DNA of 64,000 nt, taken from assembly GCA_964638875.1 (NCBI GenBank), contig CAZXBL010000001.1, forward strand, positions 489 through 64,488, written 5' to 3'. Positions 27,201-36,628 of the stretch are shown one piece after another (within the stretch, counting starts at the first letter, position 1; each line of letters opens with the position of its first letter). The notes beneath the pieces were generated by a model. The model did no database searches. It was not told where the DNA came from and saw only the letters and a program-made list of their open reading frames with translations. The stretch comes from an uncultured Candidatus Saccharibacteria bacterium. Its GTDB lineage: Bacteria; Patescibacteriota; Saccharimonadia; Saccharimonadales; JALRHH01. The position numbers and the translations under genes were made by a program.

Positions 27201-28742
27201 ATGACGCAGCAGGAAGCTTTGGCTATTATGGAATCTGGGCAGTCAGTGCTTTTGACGGGCGCTGCTGGTACAGGTAAGACGTACCTTATGAATGAGTTTA
27301 TTCGGCGTGCTAAAAAACGCCGTAAAAGTATTGCGGTGACTGCAACCACAGGCCTCGCTGCCACACATCTAAATGGCGCGACTATTCACGCATGGGCGGG
27401 TATTGGTGTGCACGACGAGTTACCCAGCTTGTTCTTTCAAAAGCTTGGCAAGCAGCGACAAACTTTGATTGCGAAAGCCGACATTCTGATCATTGACGAG
27501 ATTAGTATGCTGCACGACTACCGTTTGGACATGATTGAAGAAGTCACGCGAAAAGTTCGTGGCAATGACAAGCCCTTTGGTGGTTTGCAGGTTATCCTTG
27601 TAGGTGATTTCTTCCAATTGCCTCCTGTTAATCGCCGTGACAGCCGTGAAGGTAGCTTTGTGCTGAGTTCTAACACCTGGCAAGGGTCTAATTTTACTGT
27701 CTGTTATCTGGAGCAGCAATATCGTCAAAGTGATGATGACGCGTACGCGCAGATTCTGAATGGTATCCGTGTGGGTGTACTGACGCGCAACCAGCTGGCC
27801 TCACTACAGAAACGAATTGATGTGGTACTGGATCCTTTCCAGCCACGAACCAGGCTGCTAACAACAAATGTTGATGTTGATCGCATCAATGATGCAGAAT
27901 TAGAGCGGCTCGACGGCGATGTATACGAATACGCAATGGAAACCACAGGCGGCAAACGTTTCGTTGAACAACTGAGTCGGTCATGCCTGGCTCCAGAAGT
28001 GCTATTTCTGAAAAAGGGTGCGCACGTGATGTGTATCAAAAATAGCCAGAACGGCAGATACGCCAATGGTACGCTCGGTATAGTAACCGGTTTTGATGAC
28101 GATGATTACCCGATTCTGAAACTTAATAACGGCAAAACAATTACGATGATGCCCGATACCTGGGAGTTAATTGATGGCGACAAGCGCCGCGCGACGTTAA
28201 GACAACTGCCGCTACGGTTAGCGTGGGCGATTACGGTCCACAAGAGCCAGGGAATGACACTAGACGGCGCGCACATTGATCTGCGACGTGCGTTTGTAGA
28301 AGGTATGGGCTATGTCGCATTATCCCGGGTTAAAAGTATGCAGCAATTAGCGCTAGACGGGCTGAATGGTATGGCGCTGAAAACCAGTCCATTAGCGCGA
28401 AGTATTGACTCAGAACTCCGTTCCAGAAGCCAAACAGCGCTAGACGAATTCGCCGCAGTCATAGCTAAATGGAAGCAAGACGAAGAAAAAAGAAAGAATG
28501 AACCAGAGCCAAAAGAGGACGAAAAACCAAAAACCGATTGGTCAGAAAAACTCGCCAAAATGCGCGAAGAACACCCAAACGCCTACATGCCGTGGAAAGA
28601 ATTCGATGACGAAGAACTAAAGAAACTATTCGAAAAAGGCACCACACTTAACATGTTAACTAAACAATTTGGTCGTCACCCCGGCAGCATTAAAAAGCGC
28701 CTAGAAAAACACTACGGCGAAGATGTTCAGATAAAGAAGTAG
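27201..28742 (+). CDS. PIF1/RecD-like superfamily-1 DNA helicase with basic, acidic and lysine-rich C-terminal tail
   Basis: Walker A LLTGAAGTGKTY, Walker B ILIIDEISML, PIF1-like motifs (HKSQG, ITVHKSQG). The C-terminal ~120 aa are charged. Confidence 0.75.
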   Translation: MTQQEALAIMESGQSVLLTGAAGTGKTYLMNEFIRRAKKRRKSIAVTATTGLAATHLNGATIHAWAGIGVHDELPSLFFQKLGKQRQTLIAKADILIIDEISMLHDYRLDMIEEVTRKVRGNDKPFGGLQVILVGDFFQLPPVNRRDSREGSFVLSSNTWQGSNFTVCYLEQQYRQSDDDAYAQILNGIRVGVLTRNQLASLQKRIDVVLDPFQPRTRLLTTNVDVDRINDAELERLDGDVYEYAMETTGGKRFVEQLSRSCLAPEVLFLKKGAHVMCIKNSQNGRYANGTLGIVTGFDDDDYPILKLNNGKTITMMPDTWELIDGDKRRATLRQLPLRLAWAITVHKSQGMTLDGAHIDLRRAFVEGMGYVALSRVKSMQQLALDGLNGMALKTSPLARSIDSELRSRSQTALDEFAAVIAKWKQDEEKRKNEPEPKEDEKPKTDWSEKLAKMREEHPNAYMPWKEFDDEELKKLFEKGTTLNMLTKQFGRHPGSIKKRLEKHYGEDVQIKK

Positions 28743-28755
28743 TATAATTTTAGTT

Positions 28756-29130
28756 ATGAAGAAACAGATCTCAACCAATAAGGCTCCTTCTGCACCAGCG
28801 ATGATGTCTCAGGCTATCGTGGGTGGTGATACTGTTTATGTAGCAGGACAAGTTCATGCTGATCTGGAGTGGAAACTCGTCGGCAATACTGTTGCTGAAA
28901 AAGTTGCACAAATCATGCAAAATATCTCTGTAATTCTGGAAGCTGCCGATGCATCGTTGAACGATGTTGCAAAAGTCGTCATCTATCTTACGGATATGAC
29001 ACAACTTAAAGAACTAAACGAAGTCTACCCAACGTACTTCAAAGAACCGCTTCCAGTTCGCGAAGCAATCGGCGTCCACGCTTTACCTCTCGGTGCAACC
29101 ATTGAGATAAGCGTAGTAGCCGTAAAGTAG
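28756..29130 (+). CDS. ridA: RidA/YjgF-family reactive-intermediate deaminase
   Basis: 124 aa with the YjgF fold pattern (VYVAGQV...AKVVIYLTDM...PVREAIGV). Confidence 0.8.
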   Translation: MKKQISTNKAPSAPAMMSQAIVGGDTVYVAGQVHADLEWKLVGNTVAEKVAQIMQNISVILEAADASLNDVAKVVIYLTDMTQLKELNEVYPTYFKEPLPVREAIGVHALPLGATIEISVVAVK

Positions 29131-29136
29131 CCGCCA

Positions 29137-29171
29137 AATAGAATAGCGCTCGTGATGAGCGCTATTCTATT
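29137..29171. terminator. 15-bp perfect hairpin between convergent genes (terminator-like, weak U-tract)
   Basis: AATAGAATAGCGCTC-GTGAT-GAGCGCTATTCTATT. Confidence 0.45.
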
Positions 29172-29173
29172 GC

Positions 29174-29353
29174 CTACCAGCCAAAGGCTTGGGCGAGGAT
29201 CCAGATTGATCCGGCTGTTGCCAGAAAGAACAATCCTAGGCCAACTGGTGAACCCCAGCTGAACCATGAGCCCCACGAGCGCCAGTGCTTGAGGTGATCC
29301 TCGTAGTTCCAGCCGTGCTGGTCTTGAATTTCCTCTTTTGTCATTTTTGACAT
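29174..29353 (-). CDS. Small (~59 aa) membrane protein, hypothetical
   Basis: An internal ATG with an AGGAG SD was chosen as the start (MSKMTKEEI...). One C-terminal TM helix. Coordinates are +/-1. Confidence 0.35.
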   Translation of the reverse strand: MSKMTKEEIQDQHGWNYEDHLKHWRSWGSWFSWGSPVGLGLFFLATAGSIWILAQAFGW

Positions 29354-29485
29354 AAGATGACTCCTACTTAAATTTGTAAAGAGCCGTTGGTCGTAGCATG
29401 TGTGTCTGGATATGTTGTTCGCATGAACGGTACTGCGCATATCCGCTGCTGACGCTACGTTATCTATATTTAACTATAAAGTGGG

Positions 29486-30151
29486 CTATTGTCCAAGGAT
29501 GCTGACAGAGCGGGCGATTATGAGCGCCACGATTGATACAGAAACAAGTGCCTGGATACCCATGAGTAGCTTCGCCTGGTATGAGAGTGGGCGGGCATCG
29601 GCGGGCGCAAAATTAATCGCATTAGTTATAGAGAGGTATAGGTAGTCTGGGAAAGCGGGCTGCCAGCCCTTAAATCCCTGGCTAAGATCTTGCTGCGTAA
29701 ATTGAAAGTCTTTATCATGTTTGGACCACTTTTTACCAGATAAGCCGGGGCTGTCAATCTCCCAGTACCATAGCGCGAACACAATGACGTTAGTCAAGAA
29801 AATAGCAATTGCCGAGGCAAGTAGATTGTACCCATCAATAAGGTTGCTTTCAGTAATGAGCAGACGCAGTACGATGATCACAGAACTGATGTTCTCTACA
29901 GAGATAAGGCCCAGCATTACAAACGAGAGTGTACGATACAATGATCGCTTTAATGCTTCGGGGTGGCGAGCGCTCAGTCCTAGAAGAGTCACCAACACAA
30001 GCTCACTAATAATAATAAGTGGGTGTGGCCCATAGGATAAGTCGCCACTGGTAACCCATGTACTTACCTGTAATGCAATCGCGACATACAGTACAAATTG
30101 AGCAAGAAATAGCTCGCCTCTTGAAACATGGGGAAGTTTTGAAGTAAACAT
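29486..30151 (-). CDS. Multi-pass membrane protein, hypothetical
   Basis: 4-5 TM helices. The internal Met MFTSK was chosen as the start to avoid overlap with the upstream gene. Confidence 0.5.
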   Translation of the reverse strand: MFTSKLPHVSRGELFLAQFVLYVAIALQVSTWVTSGDLSYGPHPLIIISELVLVTLLGLSARHPEALKRSLYRTLSFVMLGLISVENISSVIIVLRLLITESNLIDGYNLLASAIAIFLTNVIVFALWYWEIDSPGLSGKKWSKHDKDFQFTQQDLSQGFKGWQPAFPDYLYLSITNAINFAPADARPLSYQAKLLMGIQALVSVSIVALIIARSVSILGQ

Positions 30152-30167
30152 TACCGTAATAATAGCG

Positions 30168-30824
30168 CTACAACGGTTCGTTGTCGAGGCTACGCCAGAG
30201 GTACCAGCTGGCAACAGATTGGTAGGGCGTCCAGCCATTTGTTAACGCTAGCTCGTGCATTTCAGGTGGCTTTGGGAGGTCTGGAAGATCATAGAGTTGC
30301 ATCATTGCTTTTCTGATCCCTAAATCACCGGTTGGCAAGATGTCTAATCTGCCAAGTGAAAACATCATGAACATATGGGCAGACCACTCGCCGATACCTT
30401 TGACTGCCACAAGCTGCTCAATAACAGTAGGGTTGGGCAAAGTAGCAATATCGTCGAGGTCTAATCTGCCATCGATAATGTGCTTTGCAAGATCTTTGAT
30501 GTAGCTTGCCTTGGGATAACTACAGCCAATTTTTCGCAAGGCCTCTGTTTCTGTTACTAGAATCTGTGCTGGTGTCGGCATGGAACCACCAAATAGGTCG
30601 AGAAATCTTTGGTAAATTGTTGCAGCCGCTTTCACTGACAACTGCTGCCCGATGATTGATCTAACAAGCTGTCGATAGTAATCAGTGTGGGGCGTAAGCT
30701 GACACGGTCCATGCGTGCTTACGAGGGTTGCCAATACTGGGTCGGCAGAACTGAGTTTACGCTCTGCTTCCGAAAGGGTACTTCGCCAGTTACTCATATC
30801 ATTTAGTGTATGCCATTTTGACAT
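30168..30824 (-). CDS. HhH-GPD DNA glycosylase (AlkA / 3-methyladenine glycosylase II-like)
   Basis: HhH-GPD motif VAVKGIGEWSAHMFMMF with an Asp shortly after. Confidence 0.7.
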   Translation of the reverse strand: MSKWHTLNDMSNWRSTLSEAERKLSSADPVLATLVSTHGPCQLTPHTDYYRQLVRSIIGQQLSVKAAATIYQRFLDLFGGSMPTPAQILVTETEALRKIGCSYPKASYIKDLAKHIIDGRLDLDDIATLPNPTVIEQLVAVKGIGEWSAHMFMMFSLGRLDILPTGDLGIRKAMMQLYDLPDLPKPPEMHELALTNGWTPYQSVASWYLWRSLDNEPL

Positions 30825-30852
30825 GAGTTCTAAACCTGAGATACTTTTAGGT

Positions 30853-31266
30853 ATGCAAAATCAACTGACGCCGAGTCAATCTAACCTGCAACAATCTGGC
30901 AGTAACCTTCAGCAGAATAATGGTAATTTGCAGCAGAACAGTACCCCGACTACTTCATCAGACGTTTCTACTACATTGAGTCAGAATGCCCCAACTACAA
31001 GTCTGCAGGTGCAAGCTGCTAAAACGGACCCCACAGTACCTTCCCAAACCTACCTACCAGGTTCACCGGCAAGTGTCTGGGTTGTACCCATCGCATTTGC
31101 AGTTGCTGTCGTAGTGGCGATAGCTATTTGGTCACGTCTTCGTCTCGAAGAAGTAGTTGTTGAGGAAGAAGCCCCATTATTAGCCGAGCCTCCAAAGCCA
31201 AAAAACACCTCCAAGCCCAAAGCAGGTAAAAAAACTACTCGCCGCAAACGCCAGAACAAACGTTAA
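30853..31266 (+). CDS. Gln/Asn-rich single-pass membrane protein with basic C-terminal tail
   Basis: Start uncertain: 30823 overlaps the divergent start in a CATG, and 30853 is the alternative. The N-terminus is Q/N-rich low complexity, followed by one TM helix and a KKTTRRKRQNKR tail. Confidence 0.4.
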   Translation: MQNQLTPSQSNLQQSGSNLQQNNGNLQQNSTPTTSSDVSTTLSQNAPTTSLQVQAAKTDPTVPSQTYLPGSPASVWVVPIAFAVAVVVAIAIWSRLRLEEVVVEEEAPLLAEPPKPKNTSKPKAGKKTTRRKRQNKR

Positions 31267-31328
31267 CAGTGCTAAACGTGATAAACTGAATACAAGTAGC
31301 ATAAGCGTTTATAACAGATACATAATTT

Positions 31329-33509
31329 ATGGCAAAAGAACGAAAACAAGACTTGGCTGGTCCTGAAGAAGAGTCACTTGAGCAACGCGTGGACGAGATG
31401 CTCGATATTAGTGTGCCGGACGAAAAACCAACTGTAGAAAGACCTGCTGCGAAATCAGTTTCAATTTCTATTACACATGCCGATGAACCTGCCCCTGAGA
31501 CAGACACGGCGTTAGCAGAGGCAATTGAAAAAACCAATGAGCAACTGGCTCAGGAAGTAGGAACCGCTCCACTAGTGGATGAACCGAAGCCAAAACAGGC
31601 CGCAAAAAAGGTAAATGTGGTTCATGACGAGCCAGAGGCGCCCGTACTAACCGAACCAGAAGTTGAGTCAGACTCAAGCTCTGAAGAACCAGCAGTTGAA
31701 GAGGCTGAAGCTCCCTCAGAAGACCAGCCGATAGCAGAAGAAAAGTCTGCCGAAATTGACTCAACTGCAACAGTCGGGGAATTAATGGAAACTACTTCAC
31801 CGCTAGAAGCAGAATTAGAGTCAGCTGAAACCGACCAAGCAGTATCCGATATTATTGCTAAAGAAAGCGATGAGTTGCTTTCCGTACAGGATGCATCTAT
31901 CCCGACACCACCAGTAAAAGCCAGTAAAAAGGACAAAAAAGGCACCCCAAGTTTATTTAGTCTGATTCTAAGGAGCCCATCTTTCCGTTGGACAATGTTC
32001 ATACTGATCGTAATTGGGTTAGTGGTAGCCGGGGCATACCCCAAGACTCGCTATTACGCGCTTAACAAGGCGGGTGTTCGTAGCAATGCATCAGTCACTA
32101 TTACCGATCAAAGTACCCTCAGACCACTCAAGAACGTTAAGGTTACTCTTGCAGGGCAAACAGTTATGTCAGATGAAAAAGGTAAAGCAAGTCTATCAAA
32201 GTTGGTTCTGGGGCCCACGGAGCTTGTCATTGAAAAACGGGCGTATGCCACCGAAAAACAAACGGTTACCGTTGGGTGGGGTAATAACCCTCTCACTGAC
32301 GTCACATTAAAACCTCAGGGAGCGCAGTATACATTCCAGGTTAACGACGTGTTCTCTGGCCTACCAATTGTTGAGGTAGAAGCAAGTGTCGGTGAACTAT
32401 CGGCAACAGCAAATGACAAAGGTGAGATCAAACTCGCCCTGGATCAAATAGAAAGTGACGAAGTGGACGTTGTATTCAAGGCGCAAGGCTACCGACAATT
32501 TACACACAAATTAATTCTTACGACCAAACAACCGACCACCATCACACTAACACCCTCAAAACAGCTCGCCTTCGTATCAAAGCGATCCGGTGTGTATGAT
32601 CTATATAAAATTGATGCTGACGGCAAGAACGAAGCATTGGTCCTTAAGGGAACTGGTAAGGAATCAGGTGATATTTCTCTCTTCCAGCATCCAGCTGGTG
32701 ATGCCGTGATTCTGCTGTCTACCCGTGAAGGAACATTTGGGGTTGATGGCGTGCTGAAACAAACATTGACGTATGTTAATCTCAAAAACAATTCAACAAG
32801 AGCAGTAACTACCTCCTCGCAAATCAAGGCAATTGATTGGGTTGGGACGCGGCTGGTATATGTTGTGCTTGATGATAACGCAGCCCAGGACAGCACCAGT
32901 CGGTACAAACTAATGAGTTACGACTATATATCGGGTGATAACCGTCAGCTCGCAGCCACTAACTACTTTAATAATGTTGTATCGATGGGCGGGCGTATTT
33001 ACTATGCGCCAGCTAGCGCTTATCAAAATGGCGTCAATGTAGGGGTCTTCGCGGCCCATGCTGACGGAAGTGGCAAAGAAGTCATCCTCGATAAAGAAGC
33101 TTGGAATATGTTCAGAACAAGTCGTGACACCATCACGATTGCAGTAGAGCAAGAATGGTACAGCTTTAAACAAGGCGCTTCTAAGCCTGAGAAACTATCT
33201 GGCCAGCCAAACGAAACAACCTCACGTCTATACGTAGACAGCCCTAATGCAAAACACAGCATTTGGATTGATAACCGAGACGGTAAGGGCACGTTAGTCC
33301 TATACAATGCGGACAAGAATGCTGAAGACGTAGTAGTCTCAGATAACGGTGTCGGCGGTCCAATTCGCTGGCTCAATAATTCAGTGTTTGTGTACAGGGT
33401 TTCAAATAGTCGTGAGACAGCCGATTACGTATTAAGTACGAATGGTGGATCACCAAAGAAAATTGTGGATGTCACCAATGCAAACGGTATCGATCGCTGG
33501 GCAAATTAG
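31329..33509 (+). CDS. Large bitopic surface protein: acidic cytoplasmic N-terminus, one TM helix, extracellular beta-rich region (carboxypeptidase-regulatory-like + TolB/PD40-like propeller)
   Basis: E/P/A-rich 200-aa N-terminus, TM helix WTMFILIVIGLVVAGAY, then beta-strand-rich repeats (DLYKIDADGKNEALVL etc.). Confidence 0.65.
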   Translation: MAKERKQDLAGPEEESLEQRVDEMLDISVPDEKPTVERPAAKSVSISITHADEPAPETDTALAEAIEKTNEQLAQEVGTAPLVDEPKPKQAAKKVNVVHDEPEAPVLTEPEVESDSSSEEPAVEEAEAPSEDQPIAEEKSAEIDSTATVGELMETTSPLEAELESAETDQAVSDIIAKESDELLSVQDASIPTPPVKASKKDKKGTPSLFSLILRSPSFRWTMFILIVIGLVVAGAYPKTRYYALNKAGVRSNASVTITDQSTLRPLKNVKVTLAGQTVMSDEKGKASLSKLVLGPTELVIEKRAYATEKQTVTVGWGNNPLTDVTLKPQGAQYTFQVNDVFSGLPIVEVEASVGELSATANDKGEIKLALDQIESDEVDVVFKAQGYRQFTHKLILTTKQPTTITLTPSKQLAFVSKRSGVYDLYKIDADGKNEALVLKGTGKESGDISLFQHPAGDAVILLSTREGTFGVDGVLKQTLTYVNLKNNSTRAVTTSSQIKAIDWVGTRLVYVVLDDNAAQDSTSRYKLMSYDYISGDNRQLAATNYFNNVVSMGGRIYYAPASAYQNGVNVGVFAAHADGSGKEVILDKEAWNMFRTSRDTITIAVEQEWYSFKQGASKPEKLSGQPNETTSRLYVDSPNAKHSIWIDNRDGKGTLVLYNADKNAEDVVVSDNGVGGPIRWLNNSVFVYRVSNSRETADYVLSTNGGSPKKIVDVTNANGIDRWAN

Positions 33510-33526
33510 CATAAAATAAAGGCTAC

Positions 33527-34435
33527 ATGACGCACAATTATTTAGATTTCCAGGAAACAGTCTGGGATTATTATCGTCTGCATGGTCGTGACCTGCCGTG
33601 GAGACGTTCGGTCGATCCATACAAAATTCTGGTGAGTGAGGTTATGTTACAGCAGACACAAGCCTCACGTGTTATCCCAAAGTACGAACAGTTCTTGAAA
33701 CTTTTCCCGGATGTATTAGCTCTCGCCAAAGTGCCACAGCAGGAAGTACTCATTGCCTGGAGTGGGCTCGGCTATAATCGCCGAGCTCGGTTTTTGCACC
33801 AAGCAGCTCAGGCAGTCGCTGAAAAACACGGTGGTCATGTGCCGCAATCTGAAAAAGAGTTGGTTGCTTTGCCAGGTATTGGCATAAATACTGCCCGGGC
33901 AGTACTGGCGTATGCTTTCAACCAGCCTGTGGTGTTTATCGAAACTAATATTCGCACTGTTTTTATCTACCACTTTTTTGCTGACAAAGACAATGTTGCT
34001 GACAGTGAAATTCTTAAGTTAGTGGAGATGACTTTACCCCAGGGGGAGGGAAAAGAGCAGCCCGACAAAAAGTCACGCCTTTTTGCCGGCGCGATGAGAA
34101 AAACCGGGGCCCCCGCAAAACCTGTTTTGTGGGGTGATAGTACCGTAGGTTTGTCTCATAATCGCGAATGGTACTGGGCACTCATGGATTACGGCAGCCA
34201 CCTGAAAGCCACCATAGGCAACGTGTCCAGGCACAGCAAACATTACGCTAAACAGTCAGCTTTTCATGGGTCAAAGCGTCAAATCCGGGGAGCGGTCCTG
34301 AAGTTGCTATTAGACGCTCCAAAATCACAAATGGAGCTTGCAGCAGAGATTAATGACGATCGGCTGGAAGCTGTCCTACAAGATTTAATAAAAGAGGCAC
34401 TCATTACCTTAAAAAATGATCAATTCAGTCTGTAG
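33527..34435 (+). CDS. MutY-like / EndoIII-family HhH-GPD glycosylase lacking the 4Fe-4S cysteine cluster
   Basis: N-terminus is MutY-like (HGRDLPWRR..DPYKILVSEVMLQQTQ) with HhH LPGIGINTARAVLAYAF. There are no Cys residues in the C-terminal half. Confidence 0.7.
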   Translation: MTHNYLDFQETVWDYYRLHGRDLPWRRSVDPYKILVSEVMLQQTQASRVIPKYEQFLKLFPDVLALAKVPQQEVLIAWSGLGYNRRARFLHQAAQAVAEKHGGHVPQSEKELVALPGIGINTARAVLAYAFNQPVVFIETNIRTVFIYHFFADKDNVADSEILKLVEMTLPQGEGKEQPDKKSRLFAGAMRKTGAPAKPVLWGDSTVGLSHNREWYWALMDYGSHLKATIGNVSRHSKHYAKQSAFHGSKRQIRGAVLKLLLDAPKSQMELAAEINDDRLEAVLQDLIKEALITLKNDQFSL

Positions 34436-34485
34436 ATCGGCATCCCGCTTGTGTTAGAATAAGCCTAAAGTAACAAGAGGAATTT

Positions 34486-35127
34486 ATGAAACGAAACTAC
34501 CTAATCAGTTTTGCGGTGATAGTGACAGCTGCTGCACTTCTGATAGCTACATTGCCTGCTCGGGCTCACACAGATGGCGAAGCACATACACATACAGAAA
34601 CAACTACAACGGAAACAGTAAGCCCAGAAAAACAACGAACAGAACGTGTTGAAAAACGCAAAGCTGAGGTTAAAACTGCACTGACGACAGTACAGCAGAA
34701 GCGCGTTCAGACCCGTTGTAAAGGTGCGCAGACGCTACTAGCGATTAATGCAGAAAAAGCTGCCAAGATTCAAACAAACCGGGATAAAATTCATACTGAT
34801 ATCTTAGATAAGCTAACAAAACTTGAGGTAAAGCTGGCAACAGGCGGAGTTGATACGACTACCTTCAAAGAACAGATCGCAAGTCTGAAAACTAAAGTCG
34901 AGACTTTCAAGACAGATAGCGCTGCATATCTCCAGACAGTTCAGGACACGGCTGCGCTCGATTGCCAGGCTGACCCAGTTGGCTTCAAGGCTTCCCTTGA
35001 AGCTTCCCGCGCTGCCCTAAAAAAACTTCAGACTGACGCCGTAGCAATACGTACGACTCTTGCTCAGGAAATAAAGCCACGACTTGCAGCTGCAAAGGCA
35101 CAACTCGAAACTAAGAAGGCAGAATAA
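34486..35127 (+). CDS. Secreted coiled-coil protein, hypothetical
   Basis: Signal peptide, His/Thr-rich stretch, and heptad-rich K/E/Q sequence. Confidence 0.5.
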   Translation: MKRNYLISFAVIVTAAALLIATLPARAHTDGEAHTHTETTTTETVSPEKQRTERVEKRKAEVKTALTTVQQKRVQTRCKGAQTLLAINAEKAAKIQTNRDKIHTDILDKLTKLEVKLATGGVDTTTFKEQIASLKTKVETFKTDSAAYLQTVQDTAALDCQADPVGFKASLEASRAALKKLQTDAVAIRTTLAQEIKPRLAAAKAQLETKKAE

Positions 35128-35128
35128 T

Positions 35129-35626
35129 ATGGAAGACATCAAACAACCTCATCAGCAAACCCAACCACCTGTAATGGATATCCAACCGCCTCAGGTCGCG
35201 CCAAATGAGCAGCCTGTATCAGCTCCCACGCCTGCGGCCCCACCTGTGCCAGAAGAGCCGGCACCAGCATCTGCCCAATCCACAGAAACAGCAGCAGCTG
35301 GCGAGACACCTGCGCAGGCCACACCAGCACTTGCTGCGGTGGCCTCAGCACACAAACCACGCCGAATGCCTATGATCGCAATAGTGTGCGCAGTTCTTTT
35401 TACCGGGATCTTTGCAGCAGTAGCAGTGGTAGCATACATGTCAAAATCCAATGTAAAGACAACTGATTCATCTCAGCAACCAGCTACTAATGCCACAAGT
35501 GAGCCCCCAGCAACTGCAGCGGATGTGACCGATACCGACAAGGCAATCGATGATAGTATGTCGAGCGTTGATGATGCAGCTGACTATAACGATGCTGGTG
35601 TAAGTGACACAACCCTCGGTCTGTAG
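35129..35626 (+). CDS. Pro/Ala-rich single-pass membrane protein, hypothetical
   Basis: The internal Met MEDIKQ was chosen as the start, after the upstream stop. It has a PAPA-rich N-terminus and one TM helix. Confidence 0.45.
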   Translation: MEDIKQPHQQTQPPVMDIQPPQVAPNEQPVSAPTPAAPPVPEEPAPASAQSTETAAAGETPAQATPALAAVASAHKPRRMPMIAIVCAVLFTGIFAAVAVVAYMSKSNVKTTDSSQQPATNATSEPPATAADVTDTDKAIDDSMSSVDDAADYNDAGVSDTTLGL

Positions 35627-35644
35627 CATAATAGTCATCTAGAT

Positions 35645-36226
35645 ATGACAAACGGATCTCAAATAATAGATCAAATTAAAGACGGCGCCGTTGGGATAGC
35701 ACCAACTGACACTTTATACGGCATTGTCTGTAGTGCCGGAGACCAACCAGCTGTCGAAAGACTTTATGCGCTGAAGTCACGTGAAGCAAAACCAGGCACT
35801 CTTGTCGCGGCTTCCATTGATCAACTAGTAGGCCTTGGTATACCTAGGCGCTATCTTACGGCCGTGGAGCAGTATTGGCCAGGCGCGATCAGTATTGTTA
35901 TCCCAGTGGGCTTCGCGTTAGGGTATTTGCACCAGGGCAAGGGATCGCTGGCTATCCGTATCCCTGCAGAGGAATCATTCCGCGAATTTTTGCACCAGTC
36001 AGGCCCATTATTAACTACAAGTGCCAATATGCCCGGAGAAACTCCAGCACATACCATCCAAGAGGCCAAGGACTATTTTGGTGAGTCAGTGGACTTCTAT
36101 CTGGATGGTGGTGATTTGTCGGGACGGGAGCCATCTACAATTATTAGGATAATTGACGATGCAGTAGAAGTTATCAGGGAGGGCGCAGTTAAAATAGACG
36201 AATCAGGCGCGATCGATAACGGTTAA
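35645..36226 (+). CDS. tsaC: L-threonylcarbamoyladenylate synthase (YrdC/Sua5 family)
   Basis: YrdC motifs APTDTLYGIVCSA and SANMPGETPAHT; 193 aa. Confidence 0.85.
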   Translation: MTNGSQIIDQIKDGAVGIAPTDTLYGIVCSAGDQPAVERLYALKSREAKPGTLVAASIDQLVGLGIPRRYLTAVEQYWPGAISIVIPVGFALGYLHQGKGSLAIRIPAEESFREFLHQSGPLLTTSANMPGETPAHTIQEAKDYFGESVDFYLDGGDLSGREPSTIIRIIDDAVEVIREGAVKIDESGAIDNG

Positions 36227-36265
36227 CGACTTGATCGGACTCTTATCAGTCCGTATGATAAGGCT

Positions 36266-36628
36266 ATGGGAAAAATTCTAGTCGTTGATGACGACAATAT
36301 AATGCGCGCCGGTGTCGCCGCGATGCTCAAGAATGCAAACCAAGATGTTCTTGAAGCCAGTGATGGCGATGCAGGGCTTGCGGCTGCGATTAAGGAAAAA
36401 CCAGATCTAATTGTGACTGACATTCGTATGCCGCATATGTCTGGGCTCGAGATGCTTGAGGAGCTCCGAAAAGATGAGTGGGGCAAGACAGTCCCTGTGA
36501 TCATTCTGACGGGTGACGAATCAAACGAAACCATTAACCAAGCTTTAGAATCTGGTATAACCAGTTACTTCGCTAAAAGTTCTGACCCGGCTACACTGCA
36601 GCAGCAGATTCTTGCACAGATAGGCTAA
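36266..36628 (+). CDS. Stand-alone response-regulator receiver (CheY-like) domain
   Basis: KILVVDDD, the phospho-acceptor Asp in DLIVTDIRMP, a conserved Thr/Lys, and no output domain. Confidence 0.8.
   Translation: MGKILVVDDDNIMRAGVAAMLKNANQDVLEASDGDAGLAAAIKEKPDLIVTDIRMPHMSGLEMLEELRKDEWGKTVPVIILTGDESNETINQALESGITSYFAKSSDPATLQQQILAQIG

Noticed and set aside
31622-32044. 140-aa Ser-rich ORF on the minus strand
   Set aside because: It lies inside, and antisense to, the acidic N-terminal region of the 726-aa surface protein gene, so it is a shadow ORF.
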